A DNA stretch of 64,000 nt from Deltaproteobacteria bacterium (lineage in GTDB: Bacteria > Myxococcota > Kuafuiibacteriia > Kuafuiibacteriales > Kuafuiibacteriaceae): assembly GCA_016713425.1 (NCBI GenBank), contig JADJPE010000005.1, forward strand, positions 3,901,532 through 3,965,531. Reading direction: 5' to 3'. Positions 26,459 to 36,298 of the stretch are shown piece by piece. Each line of letters opens with the position of its first letter. The first letter of the stretch is position 1. Below the pieces are notes generated by a model that was given only the letters and a program-made list of their open reading frames with translations, made no database searches and was not told the DNA's origin. Both the position numbers and the translations under genes were made by a program.

Positions 26459-27847
26459 CTACTTGTTCTTCTCTTCTGATGAGACTCCGCCACGTGGTCG
26501 AGCGCGATCGGGTGTCGAGGGCGATGCCGACGGGGAGGGCGAGGGTTGGGCCGTTTGGCGCCTTCCTTCCAATTGCTCCAGCGCGCGGGCTTGGTTCCGA
26601 AGGTTTTTGGCTTCTTGCGCAAGCTTTGAATCGAGCTGAACGAGCGCTTCGATGAGGCGCGCCAGCGCACTCGGGTGTGCGTCAAGACCAAGGGCTGAGG
26701 TGTCGAGCCCGAGCGCGACGTCGGCACTCAAGTCCTTGATGATGGGCGTCGGCGTATACATCGGGTTGGGCGCCGAGGGCGTTCTCCCGCCCGCGGTTTC
26801 GGACGCGGGGCCTGAACCGCCGCCTGACCCGCCGCTCGGCTCTCCGCTCCCAGTTCCCGTCCCGAAATCTCCGAGGTTGGGCGGTTCTGAGTACACGCCC
26901 GAAGGCGTATCGGAAGGCGCGCCCGACGACGCCTCGCTGCTGGGCGCCTGTGCTGCGGCGCCCTCGTCGGACCGGGTGTCGGTCGCGGCCGTCGTCTCTG
27001 TCTGGGAGGCAGCTGCATTCCCCGAATCGCCCGCGGCACTTTTTGGCGCGCCTACTTGCCGCAGAACGCGTTCGGCGTGAAGCCGCTCATCGAAATGCGT
27101 CGTGTCCGTCTGGAACGCCAAGAAGTCCTGCTCCAGTTGGCGTGCTCGCTCCGCGTCTTCTGCCTTTCGTCGAATCTCCCCGATCTTCTTGAGAAGCTTC
27201 GTTCGCGTGAACTCGACCCACTCCGCCTTCTCGAGCAAGTCCGACGGGCCATCGAGTGGTTCCGGCGACACCACCAGGGGTGCAGTCCGGTCTCCAGCGT
27301 CGCGGCGCTCGAGGCGCTCTATCGTGGCCGCGACCTCGGTGCGCGTCCTTCGCAGCGCGAGGATGCGCTCCGCCGCTTCCCGTCGTTCGGAGGCAGGCCC
27401 CGAGGCGAGACGTGGCCGAAGCGCTGCGATCTCACGGCGAATCGAGCCTGAGACAGCCTTGGCTGTCTTCGCGACCTCGGTGCGCGCTTCATCCAACGCG
27501 CTCCGAGCGCTGGCCGCCGCCCGTTCGCCCTCGACGGACGCCCGAAGCAGTCGACTGAGCTCCGCGTCGACCGAGTAATCATTCCGGCTTCGGCGCCTCT
27601 TCAGCTCCGCGATGCGGTCGGCGAGCCGTGCGTTGGCCTTTTGCCTGGCCTCCAGGCGCTCCTCACGCGCCTCGAAGACCGCGAGGGCGTCCTTCATCGC
27701 TTGCTTCTGATCCTCGACGAACCCAACCGTGAGCGCCGGCCCCGACGACGACGCGTACGCCTTCGGCGCTTCACCCGTGCCGATTGCGAATATGAGGGTA
27801 AATACCGACAACGTTCGCAACAAGATGGTGGAGACTTCGCGCTGCAT
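26459..27847 (-). CDS. Secreted coiled-coil protein with Gly/Ser/Pro-rich C-terminal region
   Basis: Signal peptide after M81 of ORF 26459..28087. Long heptad-like RRAEAE stretches. Confidence 0.4.
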   Translation of the reverse strand: MQREVSTILLRTLSVFTLIFAIGTGEAPKAYASSSGPALTVGFVEDQKQAMKDALAVFEAREERLEARQKANARLADRIAELKRRRSRNDYSVDAELSRLLRASVEGERAAASARSALDEARTEVAKTAKAVSGSIRREIAALRPRLASGPASERREAAERILALRRTRTEVAATIERLERRDAGDRTAPLVVSPEPLDGPSDLLEKAEWVEFTRTKLLKKIGEIRRKAEDAERARQLEQDFLAFQTDTTHFDERLHAERVLRQVGAPKSAAGDSGNAAASQTETTAATDTRSDEGAAAQAPSSEASSGAPSDTPSGVYSEPPNLGDFGTGTGSGEPSGGSGGGSGPASETAGGRTPSAPNPMYTPTPIIKDLSADVALGLDTSALGLDAHPSALARLIEALVQLDSKLAQEAKNLRNQARALEQLEGRRQTAQPSPSPSASPSTPDRARPRGGVSSEEKNK

Positions 27848-27917
27848 GGGTGGCTCTGCGAATTCTATAGCAAGTCCCGGGCCGACGCTCGCGCTTCTGC
27901 GTGGCGGGCCTGGCCGC

Positions 27918-29399
27918 TCATCGGGTCTCAGAACTCTGAGAATCCGACTCAGACCCTTGTGACTCTTCGGCGGGATCTTGGGGTGATCTCTTGGCGACCG
28001 TGCCGATACCGTACTTTTCGAGCTTGTAGTAGAGCGCGCTCGTCTTGATGCCGAGCTTCCGGGCCGTCTCGGTCTTAACACCCCCACAACCCTCGTATGC
28101 GCTCAAGATCATTTGACGCTCCGCGGTCTCGAGGAACTCGTTGAGGGTCTCTTGGCCAGCGGGGATCTGGAAGACGTTGTTCGTCGGGCTGAAGCCCGCA
28201 ACCTGCTGCGGCAGATCGGACGCCCTGATCTCGGGCGGTGTCGCGAAAACGAGCGCTTGCTCGATGATGTTCTCGAGCTCTCGCACGTTGCCCGGGTAGT
28301 GGTAGGTGACCAGATGGCGTGCCGCGTCTTGGGAGAGCCTGACCACGCCTGGATTGATCCTCCGCTGGCGTTTCTCGAGGAAGTGGCGCGCGAGGGGGAG
28401 GATGTCGTCGGTGCGCTCTTTGAGCGGCAAGATCTGAAGCGGAACCACGTGGAGTCGGTAGAAGAGATCTTCTCGAAAGCGACCCGCGGCGACCTCTTCG
28501 CCTAAGTTCTTGTTCGTCGCCGAGATCACGCGGACGTCGATCGGGACCGGTTTCTCTCCTCCGACGCGATCGACTTCACGCTCCTGAAGGACGCGGAGCA
28601 ATTTGACTTGCATCGCGAGCGACAGCTCACCGACTTCGTCGAGGAAGATTGTGCCCCCGTTCGCGAGCTCGAATCGACCGAGCTTTCGGCGTTGTGCCCC
28701 CGTGAACGCGCCTTTCTCGTGCCCGAAGAGCTCGCTCTCGATCAGCGTTTCGGGAATGGCTCCGCAATTGACCGTGACGAGCGGTCCGACGGAACGCCTC
28801 GACAAAGCGTGCAGGGCTCGCGCTACGAGCTCTTTGCCTGTTCCCGATGCGCCCCAAATGTGGACCTCGGTATCAGTTGGCGCGACTTTTCGGATTCGAT
28901 GCTTGAGGTCCAAGATGGCGGCACTCTCACCGACGATCTGGCCGAGTGCGGCTTCTCCGTCGGATGATGCCGCACCACCCTCCGGGTTGCTCAGCGCGTC
29001 GGCAAAGGCTCTCAATCGCGTGTTGTCGTCGCGCAGGGCGCGCCACGCGAGCGCGCGATCCACTTTGACTCTCAACACGTCAGGAGAAAACGGCTTCTCA
29101 ATGTAGTCGAACGCGCCCAGCTTCATGGCTTCGACCGCATTCTCGATCGACCCGTAGGCGGTCATCAGGATGACGGCTATGTTTGCGTCTCGCTCCCTGA
29201 CCCCACGAAGCACGCCCATACCATCGAGGCCTGACATCTTCAGATCGGTGAGAACGAGGTCGATCGTGGCCTTGTCGAGCCTCTTGAGGCCCTCCTCGCC
29301 GGACGCCGCCGCGATGACCCGGTGACCCATTCGCTCGCAGACGGCGACGGCGCCCTCGCGTAGAGTGTCGTTGTCATCAATGACGAGGACGCTTCCCAT
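27918..29399 (-). CDS. Sigma-54-dependent response regulator (NtrC family: REC + AAA+ + Fis-type HTH)
   Basis: 'VLVIDDND...[11 protein letters not shown]' REC domain. 'GESAAILDL', '[17 protein letters not shown]', 'GAFTGA' and '[15 protein letters not shown]' AAA+ sigma-54 interaction motifs. C-terminal HTH. Confidence 0.85.
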   Translation of the reverse strand: MGSVLVIDDNDTLREGAVAVCERMGHRVIAAASGEEGLKRLDKATIDLVLTDLKMSGLDGMGVLRGVRERDANIAVILMTAYGSIENAVEAMKLGAFDYIEKPFSPDVLRVKVDRALAWRALRDDNTRLRAFADALSNPEGGAASSDGEAALGQIVGESAAILDLKHRIRKVAPTDTEVHIWGASGTGKELVARALHALSRRSVGPLVTVNCGAIPETLIESELFGHEKGAFTGAQRRKLGRFELANGGTIFLDEVGELSLAMQVKLLRVLQEREVDRVGGEKPVPIDVRVISATNKNLGEEVAAGRFREDLFYRLHVVPLQILPLKERTDDILPLARHFLEKRQRRINPGVVRLSQDAARHLVTYHYPGNVRELENIIEQALVFATPPEIRASDLPQQVAGFSPTNNVFQIPAGQETLNEFLETAERQMILSAYEGCGGVKTETARKLGIKTSALYYKLEKYGIGTVAKRSPQDPAEESQGSESDSQSSETR

Positions 29400-29414
29400 G
29401 ACCGAACGCTCACG

Positions 29415-30881
29415 CTAGCACAGCGACAATCGGATCCGGAACCTCGCTCCGCCCCACGGGCTATTGCTCACTTCGAGTGTGCCCCCATGGTCTTCGACCG
29501 TCTTCTTCGCGAGGGCGAGCCCGAGACCCGTACCCTGCTGCCGCGTTGTGAAGAAGGGTCGAAAGATCGCGGCCCGATCGGCCTCTGGCACGCCAGGGCC
29601 GTCGTCCTCGACGGTGACCTCGAGGCCCTCACCGGTGCGCGCAGCTCGGATGAGTACGCGCCCGCCTTCGGGAGCAGCCTGCACCGCGTTCTGTGCGAGG
29701 TTCAGAATGGCGCGCTTCATCGCGTCGGGGTCCAACAGCACCTCGAGGTGGGCCTGTGTGGCGTCGATCTCGATCGTGACCCGGACGTTGGCGCGTTCGG
29801 CTTTGGGGCGGACGATGGTCGGGATGTCTTCGACCAGTTCTCGAAGGGGCACGGTCTTGACTTGCGGCTTCTTGCTGCGCGCGAAGCTCAAGAAATCATT
29901 GACGACCCTCGAGAGGACGCCAAGCTCCTTGAGGATCTTCAGCACGTGGCTCTTCCGTGGATCACCGTCATCCATGTCATCTTTGAGAAGGCCGCCGAAG
30001 AGTTCGATGCCGCCCAGCGGATTTCGAACCTCATGCGCGATGCCGGCGACCATCATCTGCATCTCCTCGTTCCGCGCTTTCAGTGCCTCGGCCATCGTCT
30101 GCATGCTGTTTGACAGGAGCGCGATCTCCCGGGGACCACCGGCGGGAGGGCGCACATCGAGATGACCTTCGCCGATCTTCTGAGCGGCCTCCGACAACCG
30201 TGAAAGCGGCATCGAAACGGTGCGCGCTGAAAGGATGGCCAAAATGGTGAGCAGCACGACGCCGGCCAGCGCGACAACCGCGACCGTGCCGCGGAGCGTC
30301 TCGATATCCTTGTAGTAGTCGGCGGGGGCATCGACGCCCACGATGCCGGCGACCGAACCGGTTTGATCGCGGAAGGGCGCATAGCCCGTCTTGAACAGTC
30401 GTCCGTCGATGGAGCGGAAGAGAAACGACGCCGCACCTTGCCCCGCCCGCACGATGCCGAGCTCGTGCCGATCGAATTGGGCCCGCCCGTACTCGTCGCC
30501 AACTTTCATCGCGTTCGAAGTGTCGAGAATGGCCGTGGTCGAGAGGTCGCTCTCCGTGGGCCCGACGTGGACCAAGAAGATCCTCTCGACGCTGGTCGCC
30601 TCCTTGAGCCGATCGAGTTTCGCGATCGCGCTCCGAGCTGGCCTGGACGCGTCGTCGCCTGGTTCGAGGAGGAGAAGGCGGGGATCGAGGAGCGCGGCGG
30701 CCGATTCGGCGACGACAATGAGTCGAGCGCCAAGAGCTGTCTCGAGGGCGCGCGTTGCGACGACTTCCGCGAAGTACGCGACCAGGCAGATCACGAGCAG
30801 CGCAGGCGCAACCAGCGCGACAAACAGCTGGTGTTGAACGCGGAGAGATCGAATCACGGGCGGTCGGCTCATCGTCGACAT
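29415..30881 (-). CDS. Sensor histidine kinase (TM sensor, HisKA, HATPase_c)
   Basis: H-box 'IAHEVRNPLGGI'. 'NLAQNAVQA' N-box. 'GTGLGLALAKKTVEDHGGTL' G2-box. Confidence 0.8.
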   Translation of the reverse strand: MSTMSRPPVIRSLRVQHQLFVALVAPALLVICLVAYFAEVVATRALETALGARLIVVAESAAALLDPRLLLLEPGDDASRPARSAIAKLDRLKEATSVERIFLVHVGPTESDLSTTAILDTSNAMKVGDEYGRAQFDRHELGIVRAGQGAASFLFRSIDGRLFKTGYAPFRDQTGSVAGIVGVDAPADYYKDIETLRGTVAVVALAGVVLLTILAILSARTVSMPLSRLSEAAQKIGEGHLDVRPPAGGPREIALLSNSMQTMAEALKARNEEMQMMVAGIAHEVRNPLGGIELFGGLLKDDMDDGDPRKSHVLKILKELGVLSRVVNDFLSFARSKKPQVKTVPLRELVEDIPTIVRPKAERANVRVTIEIDATQAHLEVLLDPDAMKRAILNLAQNAVQAAPEGGRVLIRAARTGEGLEVTVEDDGPGVPEADRAAIFRPFFTTRQQGTGLGLALAKKTVEDHGGTLEVSNSPWGGARFRIRLSLC

Positions 30882-30973
30882 CGCACGATCGCGAAGCGAG
30901 AGTCGAGTGGGATTCGCGGAGGCCTGAGCCTAGCGATGGCGATAGCGATGGCGATGGCACGCCTGAGCGTGTG

Positions 30974-32005
30974 CTACTCGATGGACCAAGTCTCGCCCGA
31001 CTCGAGGAGCGCCTGGATGTCGCCCTCGCCGAACTGCTTTTTTACCCGTTCGATTTGCTGATGGGCTTCCTGTTCATAGACGTCGCGTTTCACGTCTCGG
31101 AAGACACCGATCGGCACCGGAAACTCGGGCGGCTGGAATCGCGAAAGCAAGAACGCCATCGCCCCCGACTGCTCATGGGCGTCGAACACCAAGATGTCTT
31201 TCTCGGTCACGCCGTTGACCCCGAGCTCGACCACTTCCGGGGTGAGTCCCTGCACGCCCCCGAGCCGAATCCCACGCTTCTTGTCCTTGCCGAACAGCAG
31301 CGGCATTCCGTGTTCGATGTGGAGCTGTTGGTCGGCCTTGACGTCTTTGCCGGTGATGCTTTCGAACGCACCGTCATTGAAGACGTTACAGTTCTGGTAA
31401 ACCTCGACAAACGCCGATCCCTGGTGGGCGGCCGCGCGCTCGAGCACTTGACCGAGGTGCTTCGGCTCGACGTCGATGGAACGGGCGACGAAGGTTGCTT
31501 CTGCGCCCAGCGCGACCGAGATGGGGTTGAATGGATGGTCGACGGATCCGAACGGCGTCGACTTCGTCTTCTTTCCCTGCTCCGAGGTTGGCGAGTACTG
31601 GCCCTTCGTCAGACCGTAGATCCGGTTGTTGAAGAGGACGATTTTGATGCCGATGTTTCGGCGCAGCGCGTGAATCAGGTGGTTGCCGCCGATCGAGAGT
31701 GCGTCGCCGTCGCCGGTCGCAACCCAAACCGACAGATCCGGGTTCGCGAGCTTGATTCCGGTGGCGATCGCGGGCGCACGCCCGTGGATGCTGTGGAACC
31801 CGTAGGTCTCCATGTAATAGGGAAAGCGGCTCGAGCAGCCGATGCCCGAGACGAACACGATCTTCTCGCGCGGCACGCCCAGGTTGGGCAGGGCGCGTTG
31901 GACGGAGGCCAAGATTGCGTAGTCGCCGCAGCCCGGGCACCACCGCACTTCCTGGTCGGTTTGAAAGTCCTTGCGCGTGAGCTTAACAGTTTCTTGCGTT
32001 GTCAT
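30974..32005 (-). CDS. korB: 2-oxoglutarate:ferredoxin oxidoreductase beta subunit (TPP-binding)
   Basis: 'RWCPGCGDYAIL', 'GIGCSSR' and 'GDGDALSIGGNHLIHA' are classic KorB/OFOR-beta motifs. Confidence 0.9.
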   Translation of the reverse strand: MTTQETVKLTRKDFQTDQEVRWCPGCGDYAILASVQRALPNLGVPREKIVFVSGIGCSSRFPYYMETYGFHSIHGRAPAIATGIKLANPDLSVWVATGDGDALSIGGNHLIHALRRNIGIKIVLFNNRIYGLTKGQYSPTSEQGKKTKSTPFGSVDHPFNPISVALGAEATFVARSIDVEPKHLGQVLERAAAHQGSAFVEVYQNCNVFNDGAFESITGKDVKADQQLHIEHGMPLLFGKDKKRGIRLGGVQGLTPEVVELGVNGVTEKDILVFDAHEQSGAMAFLLSRFQPPEFPVPIGVFRDVKRDVYEQEAHQQIERVKKQFGEGDIQALLESGETWSIE

Positions 32006-32011
32006 GGTGCG

Positions 32012-33895
32012 CTACTTCCCGAGCAGTTGGTTGATTCGATCCAGGATCTCATCGACCCGGAACGGCTTGCCCTGGATCTTGTTCAGGCCGATCACGGGGA
32101 GAAGGAACTTGCCTCGAAGATAGAAAGCGAGCTGACCGAGGTTGAGCTCCGGGACGAGGACTTTGTCGAAGCGCCTCAAGACCTCCTCGGTGTTCTTTGG
32201 CAGAGGATTCAAGTATCGAAGCTGAGCGTGCGATACGTCGAGGCCTTGCGCACGTGCGGTCTGCACCGCTTGTCTGACCGAGCCAAACGTCGATCCCCAC
32301 GACAAGACGAGCAGCTTACCACCTTTCTCGGCGCCGAATACGTCGAGGTCGGGGATGTCTTGGGCGATGTTGTCGATCTTGTCCTGACGGACGTGGATCA
32401 TTCGTTCATGGTTCTCTGGGTCGTAGGAGATGTGCCCGCTGTTGAAGTCCTTCTCGAGCCCACCGATCCGATGCTCCAAACCGGGCGTGCCAGGTACGGC
32501 CCAGACGCGAGCCAGTGTCTTCGGGTCGCGCATGAAAGGCTGGAACCCATTCTTCTCGGTCCAGAACTTCGTCGGGATCGCGGGCAGCGATTCGAGCTTC
32601 GGGATCATCCACGGCTCGGATCCATTGGCGAGATATCCATCCGTGAGGACGAAGATCGGGGTCATGTACTTGAGCGCGATGCGGCACGCCTCGAAGGTCA
32701 TCTGGAAGCAATCCGATGGCGTTGCCGCCGCGATGACCGCCACCGGACACTCCCCGTTGCGGCCGAACAGGGCCTGGTACAGATCGGCTTGCTCGGTCTT
32801 TGTCGGCAGACCGGTCGAGGGACCGCCGCGCTGCACATTGATGATCACGAGCGGCAGCTCCACGCCGACCGCGAGGCCGATGGCTTCGCTCTTGAGCGCG
32901 ATGCCGGGCCCTGACGAGCCGGTGATTGCGAGCTGTCCGGCAAACGCGGCGCCGATCGTTGCGCCGATGGCGGCGATCTCGTCCTCGGCCTGAAATGTCG
33001 AGACACCGAAGCTCTTGAAGTGAGAGAGCTCGTGCAAGATGTCAGACGCGGGCGTGATCGGGTAGCTCCCATAGAAAAGTGGCACGCCGGATTTCTTGGC
33101 GGCGACGAGTGCGCCCCAGGCGGCCGCTTGGTTCCCGTTGATCGTCCGGTAGAGACCGGGCGCAAGTTTGGCGGGGCCTATCTGGTAGACCTCTTCGATG
33201 ATCTCCGCGTTTTCGCCGTAAAGATAACCGGCCTTGAGCGCGATGCGGTTGCCTTCCGCGATCACGGGCTTCGCTGAGAACTTGCTCTCGATGTAGCGAA
33301 GCGTGGGCTCGAGCGGACGGCTGTAGAGGTAGTAGATGAGCCCGAGGGTCCAGAAGTTTTTCGCGCGCGCGACTTCCTTGAACGACAAGCCGAGATCTCG
33401 GAGCGCCGTTTCGACCTGCGTCGTGACATCGACGGTGACGAGGCGATAACGCGCGAGACTACCATCTTCGAGGGGATTGTGATCGTAGCCTGCGCGCTCG
33501 ATGTTGGCCTTGGTGAAGGCATCGCGGTTGATGATGAGCAGGCCCCCCATCTTCAGGTCCGGCAAATTGACTTTCAAGGCCGCTGGGTTCATGGCGACGA
33601 GCACGTCTGGCTCGTCTCCCGGCGTGTACACGTCCCGCGCGGCGAGGTTGACCTGGAAGCCAGAGACTCCGAACGTGGTTCCCGCAGGCGCGCGGATCTC
33701 GGCCGGGAAGTCGGGGAACGTCGCGAGATCGTTCCCGAGCGTCGCCGAGGTATTCGAAAACTGGGTGCCGGTGAGCTGCATGCCGTCACCCGAGTCGCCC
33801 GAGAATCGAATCACTGCGGACTCGACATCGGTGCGATGTTTCGATGAATGTTTGTGGGATGGGTCCGCGACTGGCGGATTGTGAGCTTGTGTCAT
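32012..33895 (-). CDS. korA: 2-oxoglutarate:ferredoxin oxidoreductase alpha subunit
   Basis: 'VIRFSGDSGDGMQLTGTQF' near the N-terminus. 7-bp gap to korB. Start at M72 ('MTQAH') or M60 of ORF 32012..34108. Confidence 0.9.
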   Translation of the reverse strand: MTQAHNPPVADPSHKHSSKHRTDVESAVIRFSGDSGDGMQLTGTQFSNTSATLGNDLATFPDFPAEIRAPAGTTFGVSGFQVNLAARDVYTPGDEPDVLVAMNPAALKVNLPDLKMGGLLIINRDAFTKANIERAGYDHNPLEDGSLARYRLVTVDVTTQVETALRDLGLSFKEVARAKNFWTLGLIYYLYSRPLEPTLRYIESKFSAKPVIAEGNRIALKAGYLYGENAEIIEEVYQIGPAKLAPGLYRTINGNQAAAWGALVAAKKSGVPLFYGSYPITPASDILHELSHFKSFGVSTFQAEDEIAAIGATIGAAFAGQLAITGSSGPGIALKSEAIGLAVGVELPLVIINVQRGGPSTGLPTKTEQADLYQALFGRNGECPVAVIAAATPSDCFQMTFEACRIALKYMTPIFVLTDGYLANGSEPWMIPKLESLPAIPTKFWTEKNGFQPFMRDPKTLARVWAVPGTPGLEHRIGGLEKDFNSGHISYDPENHERMIHVRQDKIDNIAQDIPDLDVFGAEKGGKLLVLSWGSTFGSVRQAVQTARAQGLDVSHAQLRYLNPLPKNTEEVLRRFDKVLVPELNLGQLAFYLRGKFLLPVIGLNKIQGKPFRVDEILDRINQLLGK

Positions 33896-34058
33896 GGGAG
33901 GACTCAGCGTCGTGCGACTCAATTCATCCATAGCACAGCCCGAGAAGTGGGCAACGGAGGGCCAGGTCGTCTCTTTTCTGACCCATTCCTTCAATTCGCC
34001 GTTGCGAGCCGGCTGCAGGCTCGGCCGGCGGCCGGCGCGTTCGAGCGTCCATTCTGCG

Positions 34059-34583
34059 GTGGCTGCTTTGGGCGTCGTCTTTTCTCTCTTGGCTTGTGAT
34101 CTGGACACTAACCCCCCCCCGAGTCAGGACGGCGACCGCGCACATCCCATGGTGTTGACCGGGGTTCGGTTCGATCGCTTCGAGCGGGATGTCCTTCGGT
34201 ATCGGGCCCAGCTTGGCTTGCTTACATTCGACCGCGTGTCGGGCGAGATCGACGGGACGTCGATCGAGGCCTTCGTACTCGACCCCCCAACACATTCGGT
34301 TCAGACCGTTGTCACGGCGCCCGTGGGGCGGGCTCACAAGCAAGCGAATGAGATCGTTCTTTCGGGTGGGGTCCGCGCGGTCGACGGGGACAATCGTACG
34401 CTAGCGACCGAGACGGCAACCTACCTCGTTGACCAAGATCTGCTCACCTCGACTTCCACCGTGATGCTGCTCGGCGACAATTTCCGCGCGACCGGGCGTC
34501 GGTTGCGAGGGCACCCGAAGGTTGGTCAGCTCGAAGTCGAGGGACCGGTGAGCGCACGCGTTGTTCCCCGCCAGATCCCATAG
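34059..34583 (+). CDS. Hypothetical small lipoprotein (OstA/LptC-like beta-jellyroll is only a guess)
   Basis: Possible GTG start with 'VVFSLLAC' lipobox. GC3 (~76%) matches real genes here. However, its 3' end overlaps the convergent GT4 gene by ~180 bp. Confidence 0.3.
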   Translation: MAALGVVFSLLACDLDTNPPPSQDGDRAHPMVLTGVRFDRFERDVLRYRAQLGLLTFDRVSGEIDGTSIEAFVLDPPTHSVQTVVTAPVGRAHKQANEIVLSGGVRAVDGDNRTLATETATYLVDQDLLTSTSTVMLLGDNFRATGRRLRGHPKVGQLEVEGPVSARVVPRQIP

Positions 34584-35771
34584 ACGGCGAGAGACTTGAG
34601 ACCAGCTCCTTCGCTCGGCTTCTTCGCGCGCTCGTTGAGACATCGTGGCGACGTGTTGGCACGCCTTCGATAGGGCGATGGCAAGCGAGGTTGCATCGCA
34701 GTTTGCGAGTACGCCGGCTCCGCTCGCGAGGAGCTCCGGCATCGCACCGACGCGTGTCGAGACGATCGCGCATCCATGGGCCATGGCCTCGAGCACGCTG
34801 ACCGGGAGGTTGTCCACGAAGCGACCGCGCGAGATCCCCGTGAACGCGAAGATGTCGTGCCGAGCGAAGAACGAAGGCTTTTCGCCTTCCAGCACCGGCG
34901 GACGGATCTCGACGCGCGCAGTTAGCCCAAGGCGGCGCGCGCGCTGCTCGAAGCGTGACCGCAGCGGCCCGTCCCCGGCGATGGTGAGCGTCAAATGAGG
35001 AACCTTGCTAACCGCCTCGAGCAGAAGTTCGAAGCCCTTGATCGGTATGAAGCGACCCATGGCGCAGACGGCCTTTGCGCGTGGCGACGGGGGCCGAACG
35101 CACGATTGAGCGCCTGTGGCCGATGAGTGGCTCGAGGGCTCGATTCTGACCTGATGGTGGGTGCGGGCGGGCAGTCGAACGCCCAGCGGCAAGATGATCG
35201 GGTTCCGCGAGAGTCCTTCGCGTTCGAGCGTCTGCGCGAGGAACTTGCTCGTCGCGAATACCGGCATATTGGTCTCAATCCACCGCGCGATCCGGCGACC
35301 GACGGGCCCCAGGGTGGCTAGGAGATGGACGTCAGAGCTGTGCGCGAGGGCGGCCGAAGGCACATCGAGGCCTGCGCTTCGAAGTGCGAGACCTGAAGGT
35401 ACGAGCCAATGCGCAACGACGAGATCGGGCGCGAACGCATCGGACTTGCGCCGGAGCGCCCTCGTCATCTGCTTGAGGAAGCCAGGCACCATGAAGAGAC
35501 CGTCTGGGCGCCGGCGGAGCTGATCCAAAATGCCCATGGGCCCGGTGACGGCCGAGGATCGCCACCCTGGGTACTCGAATCGCTCGATCGAGATGCCGTC
35601 GAGACATTCGTGACTGGCACTCGAGGGGACCCGAGGTGTAACGATGCTGCAGCTTGCGCCGGCCCTTCTGAGCGCAACGGCCATCTCGTGAACAAAGCGT
35701 GCACGGAAGTCCGAAGCTCCGGCCGGGTAGGAGGACGTCACCATCAAGACCCGTCGACCGAGCCACTGCAT
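34401..35771 (-). CDS. Glycosyltransferase family 1 (GT4), GT-B fold
   Basis: N-terminus 'RVLMVTSSYP', then 'GRFIPIKGFELLLEA' and 'EAMAHGCAIVSTRVG'. Start at M20 of ORF 34401..35828. Confidence 0.7.
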   Translation of the reverse strand: MQWLGRRVLMVTSSYPAGASDFRARFVHEMAVALRRAGASCSIVTPRVPSSASHECLDGISIERFEYPGWRSSAVTGPMGILDQLRRRPDGLFMVPGFLKQMTRALRRKSDAFAPDLVVAHWLVPSGLALRSAGLDVPSAALAHSSDVHLLATLGPVGRRIARWIETNMPVFATSKFLAQTLEREGLSRNPIILPLGVRLPARTHHQVRIEPSSHSSATGAQSCVRPPSPRAKAVCAMGRFIPIKGFELLLEAVSKVPHLTLTIAGDGPLRSRFEQRARRLGLTARVEIRPPVLEGEKPSFFARHDIFAFTGISRGRFVDNLPVSVLEAMAHGCAIVSTRVGAMPELLASGAGVLANCDATSLAIALSKACQHVATMSQRAREEAERRSWSQVSRRLWDLAGNNACAHRSLDFELTNLRVPSQPTPGRAEIVAEQHHGGSRGEQILVNEVGCRLGR

Positions 35772-35824
35772 GCCGGTGCTTTCACCATCTTCGGCGGATT
35801 GCTGTGCGATGTCTTGAAGCCGTG

Positions 35825-36298
35825 TCATACCGCGTCCGGCGGGCGATTCTTTGACCTATCGCGACGGAGGTCACGCTTGCTGTCCTCCTCATCGAGGTGT
35901 GCGAGAAGACCTTCGTAGGCTTTGCGCAACTCGAGCAGGAGCTTGGTTGCTGTCGCTTGGCGCTCCACATCGCTGTGATGGCGATCCGGGTGGTAAAGAC
36001 GTACGAGGCGCCGATAGGCGGCTTTGACGGACACGCGGGGGGCTCCGACGGGAAGCTCAAGGTTTGCGTAGTATCGATGGATTCGATCTTGTTCCGGCGT
36101 GAGGGGGGCCGTCTCCGGGTGAGTGAACGCCTCTGGCTCTGGTCTTTGCGATCGTGATGGCTGGTCATCCGATGGCTCGTCATCGAATGACCACGCCGTC
36201 GCATCGCGACCGCGGCCGGGCTGCTCTCCCACGATTCGTCGGGCCGCATCGTAGATCTCGGCCCGCGCGAGATTGAGCAGTCGGCGCCCGAGACTCAT
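35825..36298 (-). CDS. J-domain (DnaJ-like) protein
   Basis: 'YYANLELPVGAPRVSVKAAYRRLVRLYHPDRH' carries the HPD motif. The stop of the upstream kinase overlaps its start (36295-36298). Confidence 0.6.
   Translation of the reverse strand: MSLGRRLLNLARAEIYDAARRIVGEQPGRGRDATAWSFDDEPSDDQPSRSQRPEPEAFTHPETAPLTPEQDRIHRYYANLELPVGAPRVSVKAAYRRLVRLYHPDRHHSDVERQATATKLLLELRKAYEGLLAHLDEEDSKRDLRRDRSKNRPPDAV

Noticed and set aside
33896-34108. Extra 70 N-terminal codons on the korA ORF, and similar N-terminal extensions on the PilZ, coiled-coil, GT4, J-domain and M50 ORFs
   Set aside because: Conserved domain starts and downstream Met/GTG codons indicate shorter genes. The ORF track simply reports the longest open frame.
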